DNA of 64,000 bases from Monocercomonoides exilis PA203 (Eukaryota; Protista; Preaxostyla), in NCBI GenBank assembly GCA_001643675.2, contig LSRY02000019.1:434001-498000 (forward strand). The letters run 5' to 3'. The position numbers and the translations under genes were made by a program. The first letter of the stretch is position 1. Every line of letters begins with the position of its first letter. Below, piece after piece: positions 59,501-64,000 of this stretch. The notes under the pieces were generated by a model. The model was not told where the DNA came from, ran no database searches, and saw only the letters and a program-made list of their open reading frames with translations.

Positions 59501-61600
59501 TATCTCACAGTTTGTAATCTTTAATTCGCCAAAAATTATCTCGAATATAGAGCATTCCATTTGCATAACTCCCTCATTTTTCCACTCTATCCCACACTTC
59601 TCTAACATGCATGCTCCTTCGTTCTGCTCAATTCTTAACACTCGTGACTTTGGACTAGCATTCTCACCCAGAATAATATTCATATTGCTCATCGTCATCT
59701 CGCCTATTGTTATTTCAATCAAACTTGTACAGTCCAATGCTATGCTTTCCATTTCACATCTACCGCCTGAACTATGACTCTCACCTTTAACTGTAACAGT
59801 CATGCTTCCAATATTTACACATCTCTCAATACTCTTCTCCTTAACAATAATAGTGTTTGTTTCAGTTCGACAAGGATTTCCGAGTGTAATTGTGAAACCA
59901 ATTGTCTGACATTTTAAATTTTCTGATCCGCATGTCCATTTATTTTCTCCTATTACACCATCAACAAAAAATTCTTCCCAAAATCCATTCACCCAATTGT
60001 CTCTTATTCCAGAGCCTTCAATATAAATCAAGGATGTGATCTTTTCAGTCAGAGATCGACACCATTTCACATTCTCTTCCTTAACAAGCTTTGATTGAAC
60101 ATTTGCAATGAATATATCCTGTCCCTCTTGTTCTTCGGCTTTGTTGTTTTTAAAATAACAAAAAAGCAGAGCTTTTATTGATAAAGCAGCATTTTCTATG
60201 TATGATTGAGAAGTATAAGATAAACCTCCTCCTGGAAGATTTGATGTTGAACAAGAATCAAATAAACAATCACTAATATTTACTGTTGCATCAAATCCTA
60301 TCATTAGCCCTCCTCCTCCTCCAGTTGGTGTCAGTCCCATCGTCGAACATTCTCTGAACACAATTTCTGAAATGAAATCTTTTGTTGTTAACGATCTAAT
60401 ATGCATTCCTCCACCTCCAAAATAATCTTTGCATTTAACAAACACGCATCTTTGATAAGTGTGGGTTGATCCCTCATGCGTTAATAAACCTCCGCCCCAC
60501 CCATTTAATCCTGTACAATTCTCGAAATATGAATCCAATACCTCATGAATACCCCTGTTATTCAAACGAATCCCTCCTCCATGAACATTGGCTGTGCCAT
60601 TCACAAATGAACAGTTTTGAATAAGGCAGTCACCTTCTCCATTGTAGTTAATGCATCCTCCTTGTGTTGCTGAAAGATTTGTGAATGAATTCCAATCAAA
60701 TACACAACTTGTTCCATTTATTTGTTGAGAAGAGTTTACTGGATTTAAGTAATGTGGAACAGATGTTCTTGAATTGTCAAATGAAGAGTTAAACACTTTG
60801 AAACTGCCATATTGTGTATCAAGTCCTCCAATAATTGCGCTGTTCAATGGATTATCCACTCGATAAAAAATGCAATTATTTATTTTTGTTGTTCCTTTCG
60901 TTTCAAAATGAAAGTAGGTTTTTTCTCTTTCATTCCGAATTCTGTTTAAACAAAAACTGATATTTATAAAGTCACAATTCTCTATCACAACAGAGCCCCA
61001 GGTGCTGCATCCGGTAAATGGTTTTCTTCCTTCCAACTCCAGTAATGAAAAACACGAGCTGAATATTCCCATTCCCCATTCTTCGGATCCATCTTCTAAT
61101 AGATATTTATTATTACATAAGAGGTTCTTGCTTTTTGCAAATGAAATATTTTTCAACTCAATATAGCTTTCTTTTGCATAAAATAATCCATTTCCTATTT
61201 CCTCATTTCGACAATTGCTTTCTCCTTTGATTTCGCACCGTTCAACAATAATCACAGAATTATTTGTTAGCTTCGCTGCATGATTGTTGAGAATTGATAA
61301 AAATGAAAGTTGTTTGGTGTTTAAAGATGAGTTTCTCAAAATCATGATTGTACTAATTGCGCTATTCGTTTTGAATGCATTTTGCTCTCTTGATTTCTCG
61401 TAATCGTGACAATAAAGAAATCTGTTACTATCGTTCATTTCTTTTCCTTGTATTATCTTTCGCTTATCTTCGATCGATGATTTGTTTCTCTCAATGAAAT
61501 AAGTGTAAATACTTTCTGATTCATTAATTTGCTCAACATTGGAAAATACTTCCTTTAGAAATAGAATGATTAATAACTTAAGAATTGAAGTTTGTAACAT
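53519..61600 (-). CDS. Giant type I membrane protein: beta-helix ectodomain, TM helix and kinase-like (pseudokinase) cytoplasmic domain, 2693 aa
   Basis: Signal peptide; GGG[IML] beta-helix repeats and repeated VD..G.D...CG....C..I modules; TM YWLLVVIIMAFVLLVILIIAVIFIV; kinase C-lobe LRWKAPEL..VSFSIGMMLWECLTLEIPF..IVNGERPDL without HRD/DFG. Confidence 0.88.
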   Translation of the reverse strand: MLQTSILKLLIILFLKEVFSNVEQINESESIYTYFIERNKSSIEDKRKIIQGKEMNDSNRFLYCHDYEKSREQNAFKTNSAISTIMILRNSSLNTKQLSFLSILNNHAAKLTNNSVIIVERCEIKGESNCRNEEIGNGLFYAKESYIELKNISFAKSKNLLCNNKYLLEDGSEEWGMGIFSSCFSLLELEGRKPFTGCSTWGSVVIENCDFINISFCLNRIRNEREKTYFHFETKGTTKINNCIFYRVDNPLNSAIIGGLDTQYGSFKVFNSSFDNSRTSVPHYLNPVNSSQQINGTSCVFDWNSFTNLSATQGGCINYNGEGDCLIQNCSFVNGTANVHGGGIRLNNRGIHEVLDSYFENCTGLNGWGGGLLTHEGSTHTYQRCVFVKCKDYFGGGGMHIRSLTTKDFISEIVFRECSTMGLTPTGGGGGLMIGFDATVNISDCLFDSCSTSNLPGGGLSYTSQSYIENAALSIKALLFCYFKNNKAEEQEGQDIFIANVQSKLVKEENVKWCRSLTEKITSLIYIEGSGIRDNWVNGFWEEFFVDGVIGENKWTCGSENLKCQTIGFTITLGNPCRTETNTIIVKEKSIERCVNIGSMTVTVKGESHSSGGRCEMESIALDCTSLIEITIGEMTMSNMNIILGENASPKSRVLRIEQNEGACMLEKCGIEWKNEGVMQMECSIFEIIFGELKITNCEIRGVIMSGVPLIGNEISKIVVNGCVFDGIERDRGSGCVLESEIGAGEELRINNETFSGCICREGDGGGMSLHMSGDGKMIMGKDGSIGMRGCVAGGIQGGERKRVGGGLFIKVEEESVDIEMEDIAFGNDNEAWTGKDMFMRCTGIVELGNVVGKETMKFVMWEAEPTDVSLLSGVEENPEEEQGEVVIPLYVYGKEMSESVHVDAENGVDHKLCGYKWFSCLTINFATENRIDEKINVLQIVHNTTIVKELSIPLTGCKIEGMERHAKRMQVNDEETLTCSGFISCIGETEMRDVEIVLPRKMQNGREVFIRSKKSLLVEECWYKFRNGGEGLKEEDEKWIKMSLIEVCGGDLIIIKCIFEDKGWFEKGSAIQINDGRTVSMDDCVINGFNRVNGDGGLMKVGKIDDEGRIEGVGSHIRFTNCTIRSSCSGRGECREVVAGGGIAIWVNGEGGEERILVLEKCEFIEWDENAEIAANDEGSIKGIGGGVFVDFGDTIEGLRVVELSTSGWEGWKGKKIFMCGERLDSAFARKDLEWELNDNELEDMEVANGFERETTGDRYVIPLIIYWWNNMSGTGYVDGTKGEDFSLCGYLIVPCRNLDKIIDVWAAPSEPSKINEVIILSEVSIEKQILLLSNDALPRLDIIGNEGAKEKKEGLKMGRGEWRFGEPAISCGIMLSFGDLEVRIEPECAICSSFVCLMSKESMLRLENCLLEILTNEEEIWSLLVIDALHGRLEMENCTVKNSCLGRGFAAMGSEQSCAVMKGVLFSNVSTSMKSILSIEQGTIEQEENAKGVKTNKDETDEKELSNVMIESSNFSEVNRKEKGPVVMEVKEFAEVDFVMKLCGFRSCKCEESEEGGGIGLRAKCLNSHVSFQECMFAECMCSWQNGRGGGMMINCDNKERIGSLRDMGESLPFQMDMCRFSGNDAWVGRDVFVKCASFDKQINETTFVLDFMQPSLEASNSMMGTDDVHTDVDILPWIKHYLATLIFVNEMSIDSKNCGSEKTPCKSIYYGVSHIKQGFIRNLLINQSASLGAETLISNLEIRSVCTDEASIQLNSNIARTGNRSSVISFSGECNVENITFMFSEGFESEHEDVIKQMDGRLIFEFCKFTSNQLSSIEANTSPEGIINCILLEVSNGILEMRETKINNLKTMKELIKVGDGSIYKISHTDFYKLCCGSDMVMIEKSAEIEVIQTNVKNVSMKKGSVFAKSCLAGSENKYYRIKNIEEDETNEFCLSQCIFEGIISDKTTGSCIMLAGCERGVKLTNCSFSKCSSSEEMGIEIDVSWCPNVRLELCKFDGNDCESERIATQLFEICEWNGSIISFKDSTCEITDTTIANSSDGGLTIRKGKVKIGQGIFMNNTPKFTKYLSIRRNILCHESGVVSLDSLKGGDGVKENSSLWILDKGCELKGIAVERASHLFIPVLEGIEIKEVGEEMEVVFKGKLLLPCNLSFMVVKQIGDEKLIEKYEFDESGYVSETEVEGRVKRETISEAGEEAEVRVAILFGDTNKPSSTEGYILKNRSEPKTNGGERIVEGGKEGKLYWLLVVIIMAFVLLVILIIAVIFIVRWKKQKRRTEELEVIVEDNIKKDPKVFEMVTMEMLPEEQWRRAEREAEKKNDERMKKRIYDTNMQHSESSEHLLSESGSTEYILGRDSDKIPQWMLEKVDEEEEIRKQTPSPSISSTCSTDSDSTFVRGEDFCPTTSSMSNLVDAMACSSPHEKLIVDLRDSLFMLLHGRNEKKEMAISTLQERELTAAQILFWVANVALHSFDEMENPLSSLENLSPHIVLFSEHMVICIAMHSDCSSSDSDTSSISSSTVVTSTSDCSTVNRNGKDSPQPSSAFEDEDDNRKECLRWKAPELMINTKMGATKESVSFSIGMMLWECLTLEIPFGEYEAVVAGQKIVNGERPDLIKVCESRLKGIIVNSVNTQMQDRISLPRMKREFINAFPSNTIMFTVSDAICIASESEEIRNESCYNEYTKVGNDTTES

Positions 61601-62535
61601 TCTTCAGTAAAATATCAGTATGGGGTACAATATTGATTCGTAAACAACTTTAAATTTTTCGATCACGAGATTAAAATGCAATTAATATGTAGTGACGTTC
61701 AATTTCTATTACAAAATATTGTAGTATCAATCGTTGATCAAACAAATATATTATTAAATGAAGCAATATTTAAAAATAAAAAAAAATGAAAATAATCAAA
61801 AAAAATTATTTGTGGTTAAAAATTATCTGAGATAATTGAAAAATTTTCCTCAAAAAGATATAAAAGATCGCATTGATAGAACGCAGTGAGCAGGATTTGC
61901 TCCGAAATAATGAGTTTGATCTTAAATTATGGGTGGTTTGAGTGAAAAACTTCGCCCTCCCAAATGACGTGGAAAAAAGGGCGAGATGAAAAAACAAAAC
62001 AATAGCATTAAAATTTAATAATAATAAAATAAAATAATGCATTGTCCGCTTCACTTCACCACCAACTTCGCCTTTTCGCCTTGGTCACGAAGACCAGAGG
62101 GCAGGGGGCATTGCCCCTCGGAGCTTTCTCCTGCAGTCAGTGCAGGGATCCGGTGAGGCGAGTATTCTGGTCGGAGCAGAAAGAAAAACCACTCTCGCTT
62201 CCGCGAGGCGTGGAAAAGAAAACTGCGTGTATTATGCTCTGCCTCCCACTCTTCTGCTGCATCAGCAGAGCAACCCCAATCATCACACACTGCATATTAA
62301 ATATTCAATTCTTCTCTGTAAAAACAATAATAGTCTTGTAAAGGAGTAGGATCATGCTTGAACTTTTTATTTATTTCCACGTTTCTCAAAAAAGGTTCTT
62401 GGTGCACATTAATATCTTCGGGCGGTTGATCTCTTCCTCTATCCTTTTATATCTCGCCCTTTTTCTCGTCATATTCCTCCAAATATGTTTCTCTCTTACG
62501 CACCCAGCCGCATGAGTCTCTCCATCCGCGTTAGT

Positions 62536-62640
62536 ATTATTTCGGAGCAAATCCTGCTCACTGCGTTCTATCAATTCGCAATAGAGCGAATATACGAACG
62601 CAAGGAGCAGGTTTGCTCCTCAATAATGAGTTTTGAAATC
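62536..62640. repeat. Internal complementary region (ICR) of the DIRS-like element
   Basis: ATTATTTCGGAGCAAATCCTGCTCACTGCGTTCTATCAAT is the reverse complement of 61872-61911; the adjacent GAACGCAAGGAGCAGGTTTGCTCCTCAATAATGAGTTTTGA is a diverged direct copy of the same terminus. Confidence 0.8.
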
Positions 62641-62741
62641 CCTCGTTCTCTTCTCTCCTCTGATCTTAAACCCTCCTGCCTAGCACCTTGTCGTGCGGCG
62701 GATGAACAGAGGGACTGCGGATGAAGGTGCGGCCTCTATCC

Positions 62742-64000
62742 CTACTCCCTCCCCCTCTTGCTCTGTTTTCGGGGGGTTCTCGATCGGGTCTTCTGTACCT
62801 GAGCGGGCATGACAATTTGTCCTATGCTTCTCTCTCCGCGTTTCCTCCGATCGGTCTCGAGTTTCTTCTGCAAGGCAGGTTGTCTGCCCTCCGCCAGCTC
62901 CATGATGCTGCGGGGAATTATGGAAGGTGTCTCATCACCCCTGGTGGGTTGTGTTATATCGTCCTCATGATGCGAACTCTTCTCTCGAGTCGACCCTCGT
63001 CTCTTCAAATTCTTTCTCTCGCTCGTCTCCGCTTCTCCCCCGGATTGTGATGTTTCTTCCGGATACTCCTTTGTTTCAGATTCTGTATTCTCATTTGAAA
63101 TCTCTTTTCCTTTGCTGTCCTTCTCAGACTTTCCTCCCTTCTCTGCCAGGGGTACTGGGCCACCTATTGTCTCCAGGATCCATCTCGTGTCCTGAACTGG
63201 TAACACGGTGTAATACTCCTGGGCTGCTCTAGAGCCTGGCGCCCATCTCGCGTACGCATTGATTGCTTTCCAATCTGCATCTTGTTGTCTTGCTAAGTGT
63301 GTTATCACAGCGTGTCTTATCGAGTACGCGGTAAATGTGTCGTGTATTCCGTTCTCTCTCAGGACAGCCACTAATTCTTCTTTGATCCTCTGCAAGTTTG
63401 CAGGTTGCCTCCCCCTGAGATCGAACCACACATGTTCGTCTCTAAAGGTTGTCTTTATATAATCCATCCAGCGTTGGAGCGCTACAACCGCATCGATACG
63501 TGGGTTCGGATGCTTATTTATAATAACCTTAACAGTCTCTCCCCCTGATGTTTTCGTTCGTCCTTGTGTCTGGACTAAATCCTCTTTAAGTATCGTTGTC
63601 CCTCTTCTCATCCTCTCCAGCTCTGCTGGTCTTAACGCACCAAATATCATAGTTAAAATTAGAGCCCTCCTTTGGAGGGTCTGTGGGTCTTTCATATCGT
63701 GAGTGGCCTCAGCCCATTTCGTGATGATTGTCAAGTCCCACATCGATTTGTATCGTTTGCCTCTTCTTGGTTTCTCCCCCACATAGGTCTTTAGAAATGT
63801 CTCTATGTCTTTCACGTCAACCTTAGTCTCTCTGAAGAGGTTAATAGAATCCAGCACCTTCCGTACTGTCTGATTTATCACTCCACTTGAGAGGTTTGTA
63901 TTCGCAAGTGTTTCGATGAACTCTGCCATAATCCATTTAGCATCTTTCGTTGTGAGGGGGTCAGTGTCATCCATGCTCTCCTTATCAAGGAATTGTTTGA
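62742..64000 (-). CDS. Tyrosine recombinase (phage-integrase fold), 5'-truncated by the window edge
   Basis: Catalytic pattern GALRPAEL (R), GRTKTS (K), AYSIRH (H/Y-x-x-R), YARW (W) and QEYY (Y); the frame stays open upstream of Met 63974 to the window end. Confidence 0.9.
   Translation of the reverse strand, partial: KQFLDKESMDDTDPLTTKDAKWIMAEFIETLANTNLSSGVINQTVRKVLDSINLFRETKVDVKDIETFLKTYVGEKPRRGKRYKSMWDLTIITKWAEATHDMKDPQTLQRRALILTMIFGALRPAELERMRRGTTILKEDLVQTQGRTKTSGGETVKVIINKHPNPRIDAVVALQRWMDYIKTTFRDEHVWFDLRGRQPANLQRIKEELVAVLRENGIHDTFTAYSIRHAVITHLARQQDADWKAINAYARWAPGSRAAQEYYTVLPVQDTRWILETIGGPVPLAEKGGKSEKDSKGKEISNENTESETKEYPEETSQSGGEAETSERKNLKRRGSTREKSSHHEDDITQPTRGDETPSIIPRSIMELAEGRQPALQKKLETDRRKRGERSIGQIVMPAQVQKTRSRTPRKQSKRGRE

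Larger units (their letters stand above)
61872..64000 (-). mobile_element. 3' end of a DIRS-like tyrosine-recombinase retrotransposon (continues beyond the window)
   Basis: YR ORF plus terminal 40 bp (61872-61911) exactly complementary to internal 62536-62575, followed by a diverged second half-site (62576-62640). This is the ITR/ICR layout of DIRS1-like elements. Confidence 0.8.

Noticed and set aside
62660-62740. CGGATGA x2 and a GCACCTT/AAGGTGC stem resembling a hammerhead or HDV ribozyme
   Set aside because: Lacks the CUGANGA/GAAA core, and I could not build the HDV nested pseudoknot.

Overview
Eukaryotic, AT-rich, intron-containing genomic DNA read with the standard genetic code. Short GT-AG introns with GTTTG/GTATG donors, poly-Ser linkers and a giant single-exon beta-helix/pseudokinase membrane protein suggest the oxymonad Monocercomonoides (inference from sequence style only). 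Spliced by hand, the host genes are: a beta-helix surface protein, a TSET-complex large subunit (TASH3/TSAUCER-like), a class I HDAC head-to-head with a divergent importin alpha, Mediator Med10, a switch-degenerate Rab7-like GTPase, RPAP1, a ~2,770-aa coiled-coil protein, katanin p80 and a 2,693-aa receptor-like pseudokinase. The main non-obvious signal is in the apparent intergenic DNA, which is largely transposon-derived. It holds an apparently intact PIF/Harbinger-superfamily element, the 3' end of a DIRS-type tyrosine-recombinase retroelement with its ITR/ICR, several foldback MITEs (one nested), and non-autonomous TIR elements whose interior is decayed host-gene DNA (Pack-like gene capture). 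Two Pack-like elements have clear TIRs and target-site duplications (2241-5771 and 26925-30257), and one composite-like arrangement is tentative (6014-11753). One cargo is a recognisable piece of the giant surface-protein family. All family assignments come from motif recognition by eye; no searches were run.
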